Made by a program: the position numbers and the translations under genes
NCBI GenBank assembly: GCA_951406725.2
Contig: OX597815.1
Location: forward strand, 89,342,001 to 89,406,000
DNA length: 64,000 nt
Source: Octopus vulgaris
Lineage: Eukaryota
Reading direction: 5' to 3'
In this document: piece by piece, positions 41,962 to 58,790 of the stretch
How positions within the stretch are numbered: the stretch's first letter is position 1
How the letters are laid out: each line of letters begins with the position of its first letter
The notes under the pieces: model-generated
The model's database searches: none
What the model was told of the DNA's origin: nothing
The model's input: only the letters and a program-made list of their open reading frames with translations

Positions 41962-44900
41962 AACACGAAAAGTGGACAGTCAACATGCTAGATATAGACG
42001 TCAAATCGTCATTCACCACAAAAGATTATGTTCTCAGATCAAACTCAACACAAAACCATAGCAATAAACAAGTGAAAAATATACGAAATAAAATAATTAC
42101 CCATGTACTAACTTAGTTTCAGCTGTTATTTTCCGCAAGGAAAACTGCAGCCATCATCAGCATGGTCTGTTATAAATGTAATTTGCTGGACTAGATGCAA
42201 ACACGATACCGAAATATCGCGTGCATGGAGTTCAGCCTATTACATTTGAATATATCTTTCAAATGCCTTTACTTTGGCGCGTTGAAACCCGAGAAAACTA
42301 GCCTGCAGCTAATAATTAGCAGCAGTTAATTTATCGGTTAGAGAACATATTTATTTATATAAAATTAATTAAGGGTAGAAATTGATATTTATCAATTAAG
42401 ACCAGTGGTCTAGCATATTAAAAGAATCCGAAGATTAAAATATTTATATATACCAATTAAGGACTGAACACGAAAAGTGGACAGTCAACATGCTAGATAT
42501 AGACGTCAAATCGTCATTCACCACAAAAGATTATGTTCTCAGATCAAACTCAACACAAAACCATAGCAATAAACAAGTGAAAAATATACGAAATAAAATA
42601 ATTACCCATGTACTAACTTAGTTTCAGCTGTTATTTTCCGCAAGGAAAACTGCAGCCATCATCAGCATGGTCTGTTATAAATGTAATTTGCTGGACTAGA
42701 TGCAAACACGATACCGAAATATCGCGTGCATGGAGTTCAGCCTATTACATTTGAATATATCTTTCAAATGCCTTTACTTTGGCGCGTTGAAACCCGAGAA
42801 AACTAGCCTGCAGCTAATAATTAGCAGCAGTTAATTTATCGGTTAGAGAACATATTTATTTATATAAAATTAATTAAGGGTAGAAATTGATATTTATCAA
42901 TTAAGACCAGTGGTCTAGCATATTAAAAAGAATCCGAAGATTAAAATATTTATATAAATAAATATGTTCTCTAACCGATAAATTAACTGCTGCTAATTAT
43001 TAGCTGCAGGCTAGTTTTCTCGGGTTTCAACGCGCCAAAGTAAAGGCATTTGAAAGATATATTCAAATGTAATAGGCTGAACTCCATGCACGCGATATTT
43101 CGGTATCGTGTTTGCATCTAGTCCAGCAAATTACATTTATAACAGACCATGCTGATGATGGCTGCAGTTTTCCTTGCGGAAAATAACAGCTGAAACTAAG
43201 TTAGTACATGGGTAATTATTTTATTTCGTATATTTTTCACTTGTTTATTGCTATGGTTTTGTGTTGAGTTTGATCTGAGAACATAATCTTTTGTGGTGAA
43301 TGACGATTTGACGTCTATATCTAGCATGTTGACTGTCCACTTTTCGTGTTCAGTCCTTAATTGGTATATATAAATATTTTAATCTTCGGATTCTTTTTTA
43401 ATATGCTAGACCACTGGTCTTAATTGATAAATATCAATTTCTACCCTTAATTAATTTTATATAAATAAATATGTTCTCTAACCGATAAATTAACTGCTGC
43501 TAATTATTAGCTGCAGGCTAGTTTTCTCGGGTTTCAACGCGCCAAAGTAAAGGCATTTGAAAGATATATTCAAATGTAATAGGCTGAACTCCATGCACGC
43601 GATATTTCGGTATCGTGTTTGCATCTAGTCCAGCAAATTACATTTATAACAGACCATGCTGATGATGGCTGCAGTTTTCCTTGCGGAAAATAACAGCTGA
43701 AACTAAGTTAGTACATGGGTAATTATTTTATTTCGTATATTTTTCACTTGTTTATTGCTATGGTTTTGTGTTGAGTTTGATCTGAGAACATAATCTTTTG
43801 TGGTGAATGACGATTTGACGTCTATATCTAGCATGTTGACTGTCCACTTTTCGTGTTCAGTCCTTAATTGGTATATATAAATATTTTAATCTTCGGATTC
43901 TTTTTTAATATGCTAGACCACTGGTCTTAATTGATAAATATCAATTTCTACCCTTAATTAATTTTATATAAATAAATATGTTCTCTAACCGATAAATTAA
44001 CTGCTGCTAATTATTAGCTGCAGGCTAGTTTTCTCGGGTTTCAACGCGCCAAAGTAAAGGCATTTGAAAGATATATTCAAATGTAATAGGCTGAACTCCA
44101 TGCACGCGATATTTCGGTATCGTGTTTGCATCTAGTCCAGCAAATTACATTTATAACAGACCATGCTGATGATGGCTGCAGTTTTCCTTGCGGAAAATAA
44201 CAGCTGAAACTAAGTTAGTACATGGGTAATTATTTTATTTCGTATATTTTTCACTTGTTTATTGCTATGGTTTTGTGTTGAGTTTGATCTGAGAACATAA
44301 TCTTTTGTGGTGAATGACGATTTGACGTCTATATCTAGCATGTTGACTGTCCACTTTTCGTGTTCAGTCCTTAATTGGTATATATAAATATTTTAATCTT
44401 CGGATTCTTTTTTAATATGCTAGACCACTGGTCTTAATTGATAAATATCAATTTCTACCCTTAATTAATTTTATATAAATAAATATGTTCTCTAACCGAT
44501 AAATTAACTGCTGCTAATTATTAGCTGCAGGCTAGTTTTCTCGGGTTTCAACGCGCCAAAGTAAAGGCATTTGAAAGATATATTCAAATGTAATAGGCTG
44601 AACTCCATGCACGCGATATTTCGGTATCGTGTTTGCATCTAGTCCAGCAAATTACATTTATAACAGACCATGCTGATGATGGCTGCAGTTTTCCTTGCGG
44701 AAAATAACAGCTGAAACTAAGTTAGTACATGGGTAATTATTTTATTTCGTATATTTTTCACTTGTTTATTGCTATGGTTTTGTGTTGAGTTTGATCTGAG
44801 AACATAATCTTTTGTGGTGAATGACGATTTGACGTCTATATCTAGCATGTTGACTGTCCACTTTTCGTGTTCAGTCCTTAATTGGTATATATAAATATTT

Positions 44901-45477
44901 TAATCTTCGGATTCTTTTTTAATATGCTAGACCACTGGTCTTAATTGATAAATATCAATTTCTACCCTTAATTAATTTTATATAAATAAATATGTTCTCT
45001 AACCGATAAATTAACTGCTGCTAATTATTAGCTGCAGGCTAGTTTTCTCGGGTTTCAACGCGCCAAAGTAAAGGCATTTGAAAGATATATTCAAATGTAA
45101 TAGGCTGAACTCCATGCACGCGATATTTCGGTATCGTGTTTGCATCTAGTCCAGCAAATTACATTTATAACAGACCATGCTGATGATGGCTGCAGTTTTC
45201 CTTGCGGAAAATAACAGCTGAAACTAAGTTAGTACATGGGTAATTATTTTATTTCGTATATTTTTCACTTGTTTATTGCTATGGTTTTGTGTTGAGTTTG
45301 ATCTGAGAACATAATCTTTTGTGGTGAATGACGATTTGACGTCTATATCTAGCATGTTGACTGTCCACTTTTCGTGTTCAGTCCTTAATTGGTATATATA
45401 AATATTTTAATCTTCGGATTCTTTTTTAATATGCTAGACCACTGGTCTTAATTGATAAATATCAATTTCTACCCTTA

Positions 45478-45489
<12 letters not shown>
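41962..45489. repeat. fold-back tandem array of a ~507-bp HHR-containing unit (~2 inverted plus 5 direct copies) inside (TA)n
   Basis: Period 505 in 41962-42956 and 507 in 42954-45489; the differences I found lie in one A/T homopolymer; strand switch at tttatata ~42949-42956. Confidence 0.95.
43147..43211 (+). ncRNA. type-I hammerhead ribozyme (also at 43654, 44161, 44668, 45175 on + and 42101, 42606 on -)
   Basis: CCATG-CTGATGA-t-GGCTG-cagTTTTCC-ttgc-GGAAAAtaa-CAGCT-GAA-ACTAAgTTAGT-A-CATGG; canonical core, GUA cleavage predicted after 43206. Confidence 0.88.
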
Positions 45490-45509
<20 letters not shown>

Positions 45510-45521
45510 CATTTATTTATT

Positions 45522-45584
45522 TTATTTTTTATTTTAATATATCTAGTTTCAGCTCACGAGCTGTGGCCATGCTGGGGCACCGCC
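45522..45584 (-). mobile_element. isolated CR1/SINE 3' tail
   Basis: Reverse complement ggcggtgccccagcatggccacagctcgtgagctgaaactag matches the CR1 tail at 53281-53321. Confidence 0.7.
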
Positions 45585-45617
<33 letters not shown>

Positions 45618-45643
45618 TGTATGTATGTATGTATGTATGTATG

Positions 45644-45711
<68 letters not shown>

Positions 45712-48218
45712 TGTATAAATATATGTATACGTACCTAATACACATACGCATATATTTATTAATATATGTATGCATATTCAGATAGAAAATGATTTTAAAA
45801 ATTTGGAAAATAGAAGAGAAGAATCGTTGATCTCCTGAGAATTATCAGTTAGGAGGTTCAACTTATTGCCTGAAAAGTAAACACAGAAAAAATATTTAAA
45901 GACATTAAAATAGAAAACACAATATTTAAATACATATTTTCACCCTCATAGAGAAGCTAAAATGTGTCAGTGAAAAATTCAGGAATTGTTTCTATAGCCA
46001 TTGAAATGATACAATATAGCAGACATATATTTCTAGACTATAATCACTATGTAATGTTGCTTTCACTTTCAATAGAACAACTGACCTTTCTGTTAAGTAT
46101 AATGCAAGTTCCTGCTATAGATTCGCGGGAAAATCAGAAACACAAACCACAGAGATTGCTTCATTGTGAGCCATGTAAATAATATATATCAGAATATCAT
46201 GAGTTCATCATGAATTAGTCAATTCCAGATTATATTTTAAGATTTCTGCCAATAATTATTGGATCACTAAGTTATATGATTTTCTGCTTCAGAACCAGTC
46301 ATGAGAAGTTGGATTTTAAAAACCAGAAAGAAGATGCATCATGTCACAGTTACAGGTGCACAAGCAAAATGCGCAACATTCCAGAAGTTTAGCATATAAG
46401 ATCTATACGTGTAATGGCATCCAGCACCTGTGTACGCTTGCACATGTATATGTGTTGCATAAAACGTGCACATTTATACATGCGTGCACGCACACATGTA
46501 CATATATCCATAAATGCCCAGTTGACGTCTGAATCTCATTGACATAGCCTTGTCTCTAGGCTAAAACCTTGCTCTGTCTCCATTGGAAGTTCGAATAATA
46601 AAGTTCGGAAAACATTCATATATGTATATATATATCTATGCACAACAGTGTATGTCTGCGTAGATGTGTGTATATATACATAAATACATACGTGTATATA
46701 TATATATGTGTGTGTGTGTGTGTATGTATGCGTGAATGCATATGTGTGTGTATGTGTGCATGCGTGTGTGTATATATATATATATATATATGCATGGATG
46801 CATTGTTGTATGCATGTATGCATGTATATATGCGGGAATATAAGTATTTGTTTATATATTTCTTACTTGTTTTCTGAATTTACTTACAAAGTTTAGCCGG
46901 GCTTTATCTGAAGTACAAAACGTTTTGTAGTTAATGCATTTTCTGAAATGCCTTAGCTGATTAACATCTGACAATAATTCTCCTTTTTTCAAACAATGAC
47001 CCACACTGTATTAAATTGTTTCCGCAAAAACTCATACAATATAATACTGCTGCGTATGTATTACAGCTTTTAGCATCTTGTTTATAAATAAAACTTTATT
47101 ATAAGAATTCTATTGACAAAAGTTACTTTCACCGATGCATCCCACAATAGATTTCATTTAAACTTTTCCGTAGTAGGTTACATTTCATCGTCGACAACTA
47201 CTTTGCTCAGAGCTCTATCTGCTTCTAGATTCTTTATTTCTTATTAGTTAGTAAATGGAACTGATATTGTACTTCATTTGCTTTGCTTTGTTGTACAATG
47301 CTGGGTTTCCTACTACTGTGGTTATTATTGTACCTTCGTATTCAAAGCTGACTTTCAATTTAGCAGATAAATTACTTTATCCACAAAATTCCGATCCCTT
47401 CATCATTCTTTATATTTTTTCAATTACAGATTCTACTATCTGTTTCTTTGTTCAATCTCGTTTATACAACATGTTTGTTCTACACAAATAGGTATCTAGA
47501 CTTTGTAATGTTTCCTAGCTATTTTTCGACATTTATCTTGTTTTGTTCAGTCAGAATAATGAACAGAATCAGGCAAAATACATCGGTTCCAATTTTAACG
47601 TTGGGAACTAATGTTAATGTTTTTACTAATGCTTTAACAACATCTCTTAATGTAGTTTTATACACTGTTGTTCGGTTCACTCTCTAAAATATATTTACTC
47701 TCACTGACTATGAATATTTGTTCTCATTTAACTCTAATCAAAGCACTGATGGATTCAGTGACCCTGAATAAGAACAGAGCAGATTTACTGTTAAAATATG
47801 GCGTGTTTCAATTCCATAACTAATGTGGTTTCTCACTCCACCAATGTCGGATATTTTACCGCTCCACAAACAGTACATTACTTCTAGTGCATAAAGCAAT
47901 GAGAACATGTATGAAACTAAACAAAAGTTTTCTTCGATATGTTTGTAATTTTTGCTGTTTTCTTCTTCAAACAAAGAGGAAAATTTCCATTATTCAAATA
48001 TTTTTGTCTATGGCATTGAATACCTCTATCGTTACCGATAGGTCTTATCTAAATTCAAAACACTTGGCCATTTAAATATATTATTTTCTTCAAATGCCAT
48101 TTCTAAAATATAATTATGTGAATTGAAGTGACCAAAATTCTGGTAAATTTTTTCTATTTTCTAAAATGTCTGTTTGCTCATTGAAGGGTCCGCCGGACGA
48201 TTGATTCTTTTGATGATG

Positions 48219-48292
<74 letters not shown>

Positions 48293-48446
48293 TAAAGAAA
48301 AAACATTATTATGCAATTCAAAAAATGATAGACATAAACCAAATCATAAATAGAAAATAAAATATATTTTATATAACATAATAAGTATATCATAAATTGT
48401 TTATTATTATATAATAAGTATATTATAAATTGTTTATTATATATAA

Positions 48447-48496
<50 letters not shown>

Positions 48497-49524
48497 GTGT
48501 GTCTGTGTGTGTCTGTGTTGTCCCCTAAGCATAAGTGTTCAATGTTCAGAGAAATTCACTTTCTCATTTCCGCTATGAGACAATTTTGGATTACTTTTGA
48601 ATGTTTTTCGGCGGTCACTCATTACATCAGTATCTATACGAGTTAAACAATATGTCGGTTATTTTTGCAGCGTGATTATCGTAGATATAGATGAAGGATT
48701 TCAAAATCTGAGACAAGCTGAGATCAAAGTTGAACATATATAACCTCTTTTATACAGTTAAGATTTTTGGAAAAATCATTGCATCATAATATTTCCTTTT
48801 CTTCCTAGGTATATGAATTAATGTTTAACAAAACAAATAATTTGCGGATTATAAATGCCAATATAAAAGTAGTTGTAAAAACAAGAATGATTTCAAAGAG
48901 TAAACATTTTTATACCCTTTGATTTTGAATGGAACCGTTCAACACATTTCCATAGTTATTCTCATATAAAACCAGTCTGTAAAAGTTGGAACAGTCTAAG
49001 TGCACAGTATTTCTCATTAAAAGTGCCAAGATTTACTTTTTATATCCACTTATCTGTTATGTCATTTCTTTCATTTATTGTATTTTTCTAAGGTCACTGT
49101 AACTAAAAACTGGTCAACATTTAATTCCTAGTGATGCCACATGACCCTGAGCGAGAGCAGATAATTATAGCACGAGTAGATTAAACGCTCAACAAAAGAA
49201 AATAGATAAAAATAAACAAATTATATATACATCAAAACTGAATTCATTTACTTTACATCAATGTACTTCTAGTATGAACCAAGATTAACCAGACTCCATA
49301 TAATAATTCTGTAAAATACCCAATGTGATACTATTAACATACATAACTCTACTTTCGTCTTTTGTCATCCAAAATAAAGATAATACAATGTTTACAACAA
49401 AAGAAAAGCTCATAAATGTCGTCTCATAGAGTGTACAGTTTTTCAAAACCACTTTTGCTTAATTTCTGAATTAACTGCATTTCTTTATTTCATTTCCGTA
49501 AAAAAAAGTACAGATTTGCTTAGG

Positions 49525-49815
49525 GGCGCTATCAACGTGGCTCAGTGGTTAGGGAATTGTAGTAACGGTCGCAAGATCATGTTTACAATTCCTGAACCAG
49601 GCAGTGCGTTGTATACTTGAGCAAAACACTTCATTCAACGCTTATCTGCCATCACTTCGACACCAAACGTGTAGTGCATCGTGCACCAGTCGAAGCAGCG
49701 TCGAGTTCATGGGAAAAAATAAGCTTAAGTGCAACAACACAACAAACATTTGACTGCTATAAGCAAATCATTTGTGCAGGTTGTTCAGTATACCGGGAAC
49801 AGTCCAATTCCGATT
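49525..49815 (+). mobile_element. old tRNA-derived SINE
   Basis: gtggctcagtggttaggg A box; cttgagcaaaacacttcatt body. Confidence 0.6.
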
Positions 49816-50789
49816 AACAAACGAAGATATATTTAATGAGAAAACCAGATATTTTGTAAGAACACTAGATGGAAAAGTGATTCGCACGTTTGTAAGTGAA
49901 TGTGTACATATGTTTGCGTGTTGTTGTTCTTATTGTTGTTGTCGTTTTCGTTGCTGTTGTGTGTGTGTGTGTGTGTGTGTGTAAAAGAAGGTAAATTGTA
50001 CAACTACATATGCCTATCTCATGGACGTTTGAGTGTATGCGTATAAATGATGCAGATACTAAAGCATATATATTAGAAAGAGAGAGAGAGAGAAAGAGAG
50101 ACGGAGACAGAGAGAGAGAGAGAAAAGAGAGAAAGAGAGAAAGAGAGAGAGGGGGTATGCATAGGCCAATGTGCTTGAATAGCGATATCAATACAATGTA
50201 TATATGAGTGTTTACGGATATGTCTTTATGCAAATGAATAAGTATACGCGTGCATAAATATGCACACATATATACATGCATACATACATAAATACATGCA
50301 TATACATAAATATATATACGTATGCACACATGTACATATATGTAAATAACTACATAGACACAAACCCCACATACATCTGTATATACATACAAATACACAT
50401 GCATACACACCTATGTACGAACAGATATATTTAATTAGTGCTTAAGCAAGGAAATCCTAATGAAAGTAGACCTTGTCGTTTGTTACGTTTACTAAAGAGT
50501 AGGTTACCTACACAGTTCAGGTATCCGTCATCTGAAGCTAAGCAGTGGTATCCGAATCTCATCTGTAAGTGTAGAACACTGTTTTTTAATCACAATCGAC
50601 CACTGAATTACAGTTGCACTACCAAACACTCTTTTATGTCATTCAACCTTAATCTTCAAAATAGGTTAACAGTTCATGTCGAAAAATATACTGGTAGTAT
50701 AGATCTAATAATGTAGTGTTCGGGTTAATTTTGATAGTATGCATAGCACGAAAAAGAAATAATAGCCCATCCAAAATTAAAAGTATCTA

Positions 50790-51172
50790 AAAAAATCAAA
50801 ACATATCTACTAGATTATGACTCCAAGATAAGAGTTTACTCAAAGTAGCCACTTATAGCTTCCACGACGATCTCGAGTGTGCTCCGGAACTTGGTGCATA
50901 TGCTTCGCACTGTGTCTTTGAGAAGATCTTCGAATACACTCTTGACCTTGGCTTTCAGCTCAGCTTTCATGTTGCAGGTAGAGCATTTGGTATCTTTTAC
51001 AACCGATCCCCAAACTCACAAATCCATGGAATTACAATCTAAGTCAAATTTTTCTCAAATGCAAATTTAAGCTTTATGCTGTCCAACACCGTCCACTGTT
51101 CACTAATCCACCATACTGTTTCAGAAAAAAAGGAGATATAAAGTTCGTCAAATTTAGCTGGAACCTCCTGTA
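50790..51172 (-). mobile_element. internally deleted Tc1/mariner element
   Basis: Minus strand starts TACAGGAG; DCNSMDL.VWGSVVKDT....N.KAELKAKV...IC.KFRS.LE.VVEA.SGYFE* is a typical transposase C-terminus. Confidence 0.65.
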
Positions 51173-51405
51173 TGAGGTCCAAATCCTCGACACTACATAA
51201 GAAAATTTTCTCGTTTAGTCATATCGATTAAATATTTCACTTGCATCTAGCAACTACCGAATAATAGTCCGGATTATATTGTAAAATGGTGACTAGACTC
51301 CATCGAAGTAACTATACACCAAATATACACCTATCTGCTGTGTAACATTTTCATTTTACCTTTATTTTAACTCACCTATGACAGCAGTACACATGTTCAT
51401 GCACG

Positions 51406-51436
<31 letters not shown>

Positions 51437-51933
51437 ATATATGTACGCATATATAGTGTGTCTCTATGGTCTTATAACTTGAATGTTTTACACAACTTTA
51501 ACGGTGTACTTTATATTTTTATCTTTACCATTTACTATCACGTCATTGCATTCTACTATTTGTTCTTTTTCGTTAAATATATGTTATTACTCATATATTT
51601 CTTCTGTATTGAATATTTTAAAATTTATTTCACATTCATCTCTCGAACTACAGTTCATATGAATGTACAGCCAAAATCCCGATAAACGATGACTAATGGA
51701 TATTGAGAAATACAATTGTTACTAAAGACAGTGTATCAAGTCAAAAATTTGAAGTAACTAATGTACAGTCAATTGATTGCACTGTTTTAAACAGACACTC
51801 TTGTCCTCATACGTACTCACACACACATACGCACATAAACACATATACACACTGATAAGCACTCATGAATATATATATATGTATGCATATATATATATAT
51901 ATATATATATATGTTTAAATATATATATATATG

Positions 51934-51966
<33 letters not shown>

Positions 51967-51967
<1 letters not shown>

Positions 51968-53330
51968 ACTAATCGCATTCCTTGAGGAAAATAACTTGCT
52001 GAGTGATACCCAGCATGGTTTTCGACCAGGTAGGAGCTGCCTGACCCAGCTCTTACAGCATTATGACTGGGTGTTGAGGCAGTTACTCAACAAATCAAAT
52101 GTGGACGTAATCTACCTTGATTTTGCAAAAGCTTTTGACAAGGTGGATCATGGTATGATACGTGACCTCGGCATAACTGGAAAACTTGGAGTGTGGTTGC
52201 ATGACTTCCTGAAAGATAGGAGTCAGCAGTAGTGGTTAATGGAGCCACCTCTATGAACACTCAAATAGTGAGCGGTGTTCCACAGGGCACTGTCTTGGGA
52301 CCACTGCTTTTTATAGTGGCCCTCTCAGATATGCCCTCAAATGCCCGGATAGCCACTCTGGCCAGATATGCAGACGATACGAAAGTCTCGCAGAAAATAC
52401 AGAACCCCAGCGATGTTGCATACCTGCAGCAGGAGTTGGACTCAATCTACAGATGGGCTGAGGATAATAATATGCAGTTTAATGCTGAAAAATTCCAGGC
52501 CCTGCGCTACCAGCATCCAAACCTGAATATTAAACTTACAGGATACACCGGTCCACAGGGAATTTCGATCCCAGAGCCTAAGTCTGTGACGGACCTGGGT
52601 ATCGACATGAGTGATGATACCTCTTTCCAAATGCACATTACCAGGATGGCGACAAAGTGCAGACGACTGGCTGGGTGGATCCTAAGAACATTCAGAACCA
52701 GAGATAAGGAAACCATGATGGTCCTCTGGCGGACATTCGTCCTCAGTCGCCTGGTCACCCACCAGTGTAAAATTAACAGCGGACCTTGAAGCAATCCGGA
52801 GAAGATTCACAAAGAAGATCATCTCTTTGAAACAGCTCAGCTACTGGGAAAGGTTGAAACAGCTAAGACTCTACTCCCTGGAGAGAAGACGGGAGAGGTA
52901 TGCAGTAATATATGTCTGGAAGATCCTGGAAGGAATTGTGCCAAATGTTGGCATTGTAAGCTACACCAATGCTAGAACGGGACGACACTGCATAGTGCCA
53001 AAGATCCCACCAATGCCATCACGCTTCAGGACCAGCTTCTGCAACAGCCTGGTTTTCAAGGGCTCACAGCTTTTTAATATTCTCCCAAAGAGTCTGAGGA
53101 ACTTGCACAAAGTAGATGTAGCGGTTTTTAAATCAAAGCTGGACATCTTCCTGTCAAGAGTCCCAGATGAACCTACCTCACGGCAAGAGGTGCAAATGAG
53201 AGTAGCTATATCAAACTCCATTCTTCACCAAGTGCCACATATTAGACGAGGTTCGTCGTAATAACAGTGTAGCACAAAACGGCGGTGCATCAGCATGGCC
53301 GCAGCTCTGACCTGAACCTAGAAAAAAAAA
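51967..53330 (+). mobile_element. 5'-truncated CR1-like LINE (RT pseudogene plus 3' tail)
   Basis: QHGFRPGRSCLTQL, YLDFAKAFDKVDH, SGVPQGTVLGPLLF, YADDTK, SYWERLKQLRLYSLERRRER; stops and deletions; A-tail at ~53322-53330. Confidence 0.92.
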
Positions 53331-55423
<2,093 letters not shown>

Positions 55424-55425
55424 CC

Positions 55426-55465
<40 letters not shown>

Positions 55466-55653
55466 AATAAAACTTATTGAGTGTGCTACAACTAGCACCA
55501 GCACCATAAGATTAGCAGTCAAAAAACAACTACAACCACAACTATTCACTGATACACATTACTTGAAATCGGAGGAATGAGCAGAAATTCTAAGCCTCGG
55601 TACCATGTTTACAAAGGCTAGACAGGCATCCCCAACTAGCAGGCCATACTACT

Positions 55654-55770
55654 CCAGACTGATGACGAGCAAAGACTCAGAAACTAGCCTTTGGTGCAGG
55701 CTTAGTTGGATGGAGGTACTTGTCTCCCCCTTGTAAACATAAGGACACAGGAAATGTGTCAAGGCCGACA
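55654..55770 (+). ncRNA. degenerate homolog of the 20641 HHR element
   Basis: CCAGA-CTGATGA-cGAG-caaaga-CTCa-GAAAC-ta-GCC-TTTGG (cleavage triplet mutated); downstream aagg/aacacag.aaatgtgtcaa.gccgaca is shared with 20734-20763. Confidence 0.55.
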
Positions 55771-57023
55771 TTATTTCGCAATGTTTCACCAAAGAGGAGA
55801 ATTGCAAAAGTCATTAAATGCGACTACAGTGTTAGGAAACGCCTACCTTGCTTCAAATAAGAGCTAAACCGCTCTGATGCTGTAGTTAACGCAAATGGAT
55901 AAAAACATATACATTAACAGGGACTATAATTGCCCAGAAAGTGCCGATCGAGAATTCTTAATACAGATGCGTCAGTTTCAGCAATTTCCGTTACTTTATT
56001 AATTAAGACAGCTCGTCTTCGGCTCTGTCCGAAATCATTTCGCCATTAGTATTTGTTTTCGTCATCCAAATAATTGGATGATTTAGAGATTCGATAATGT
56101 ATATATACAATTAATATAAACAGCAGTTTGTAATGTTTCACCAAAAAGGATAATTACAAATGTCACTTAATTCGATGTGTGGATGTATGCTATGATGCAT
56201 ACAAAATACTAGTCGCTTGGTGTCTAAGTATTGGCCTACATTCAATATGTGCCCTCTGAACAATAATCTTAGTGAAAGCCACTCATTGAAAGCACGAATT
56301 GCAAAACGCCTATAGAATTATTCAATAGCATATTTTAAAATGATTCCACTATTCAAAAAAGCACGAATTTCATATATAATCTCGTTCAAAATTTCACCAG
56401 AGAATCTTTTATCAAATTCTCGATACACTGATTTTATCATTTAATATACATACATGAGTACACACATGAATACTTATATATACTAGCAGAATGACCGCTC
56501 TCCAATCAGTTTTCTGTTAGCCACTAGATATTTTTACATTTGATTCCCAATTCTAATCATTTTTATTATGTTTTATGTTACATCATGTATTTGTACAATA
56601 GTGCTCAATTAGTAAATATTGCTTTCATTATTTTATCACAGTCACAGTCTCTCTTTCTTAGACAAACATAAAGGTAGTCCAACTAAGTTCAGAGTTTAAA
56701 AAATTAGCAACTATTACATACAAATATTTTAATACCTGTTTCAAAACGTTTCAAAGCATTTCAAAGAGCCATAGCAAAAATTCCCTTGATAATTCTTAGA
56801 TAACGACAGAAAGGAAATAAGTCGCATGAGTTCGAAGATTCAGTAGATTTCAATAAGTTGTCCAGCCTAATTTATAAACAAGAAGCTGAGGGTACTTACA
56901 AAGCGAATTTAAGTCAACGAAATACCTGATTTTTCTCCTCTGAAATGACGAAATAAAACTTGAAATGAAAAAATTGCAATGAATATATATTAAGTAAATT
57001 GTTATTCATGGAAACAATTAGAG

Positions 57024-57091
<68 letters not shown>

Positions 57092-57099
57092 TGCTAAAT

Positions 57100-58130
57100 T
57101 TACATTCCGTTCTCCTACCTCTGTGTTTTCTCTCAGACGCCACTCTTTCCTCACCCAGTACTCATCCTTAGAGCTACTATCCCAGAGACAGATAAAGCAG
57201 GGATACTTAGTATATCCACTCTGCTGGACCAGGAGAAAATTTACTATTTTTAGATCCACACAGATTAACCACTGGTGATCGTAATGTGATATTTTTTGTA
57301 GGATCAGAGCAATTGCCTTTTGCTCCTAAGTCATCTTAGTTGAGGGAACAATTTGGATTGATTCACATTTGTATCCATTATGTAGAAGCACGCATTTTAA
57401 GCTCTGCTTAGAAATGTCTATGAACACAGCCGCCATTTGCTTGGTAGATATTGTGGTATGCCCATTTTCATCAGCAAGCCTTGAACATTGTCGCAAAGTA
57501 CAAAATCACATCCGAGAACGGCAGTAAATCTCTTTTCTACAGCGAAAGTATGTGATTTTGCTTTCCGGATGCAATAAATTCTTCTGTGCTAATCCAGACG
57601 CCAACACTGCTGCTGATTTCTTTCACAGATTTAGCTCTCTAACGAGGTCATTGGGCTACCACTGATTAAAAACTTGTGCCACTAATGACGTCACTTCAAA
57701 TTCACTGGCATCATGACTACTGTTTATAGGTGAAGAGCAAGATTCATCTTTTTCAGTGAGCTCTTCCAGATTAATGAATGATGGTACTGGTATTTCATAT
57801 AAGTGTACAAGAAGTTTTGCCGAATCTAAATCAAGATACTCCCATTTACTCCGATTACGTCCATTAATGCCCTTTATATTAACCAGAGAGAAGTAAACAT
57901 CTTCACTGTAATTCCTCTGTTCGCTCCTCAACATAAGTATCCCAAATTTCAGATATTTCGTCATACCAGTTATCCAATGCCGAAGGTACACAATTCAAGC
58001 ATTACAGACAAAGTGTGGAGCCCGTGTTGTAACTTGGTCCTCTAGTTTTATTTTGAAATAGCTTAAGTATACTCTTTTCACAAAATCAGAAATGGATTTT
58101 CTCTGTCCCCTGAATGTATATTCGAGCATT
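57100..58130 (-). pseudogene. Chapaev3-like (CMC) DNA transposase remnant
   Basis: QRKSISDFVKRVYLSYFKIKLEDQ...APHFVC, LRHW..G..KYLKFGI.M...EQRN..EDVYF.LVNIKG.N..NR.KWEY.DL.SA, ICVDLK.VNFLL.QQSGYTKYPCFICLWDS; superfamily label from recalled motif family. Confidence 0.7.
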
Positions 58131-58790
58131 AGTCAAAAACATTACAGACCTTCTCTGATTTTATAATAACCCTGTTGGCGGCCTATCCCAGAATTATGTA
58201 TGGACTGCTCTACATTATCTCAAAAAGTAAAGTTGCTAGAAAGAAATGAAGGGCATATTTTTATTTAGAAGATTGAATATGCCTAACATCAGTTCTAAGG
58301 CACCAAAAACCTTTTCCCCACTGGTATTAAATTATCATTAATGCAAATAGAGACAAGATAGATAGATAGATAGATAGAGAAAGAGATAGCGAGAGAGACT
58401 GTTGCAAATGAAAACTGAAAGTGCCACCTGCAATGTATTAATATTGTTTATTATAAAACATTAAAATCTACTCCGCAGTGAATGCAACGACTATTGAAAT
58501 TTGTGAAAAAATTAGACGCAGTGATTGCAACGAATATTTAAATTTCTGAAAAATTGGAGTTCAAAAATTCAATAAACTTCAGAAATCTAAATTATAGGGA
58601 ATGTTTTGAAACATAAATTTATGAAAAAAATATTACAGACGGTCAAGCCTTTAATAATTGCTTTCTTTTAGTACTTTTAGTAACTGTTACACACCTAGTT
58701 AGGTACGTATCAGTTACTAAAAGTACTAAAATTGATAAGAAAATTTCTCCATTATAATATATATATTAATCGAAGTCTACAGTGTTATAT

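Noticed and set aside
41962-45489. CRISPR array or ordinary satellite
   Set aside because: No unique spacers and a eukaryotic context; the HHR per unit, the inversion and the TA flanks argue for retro-insertion.
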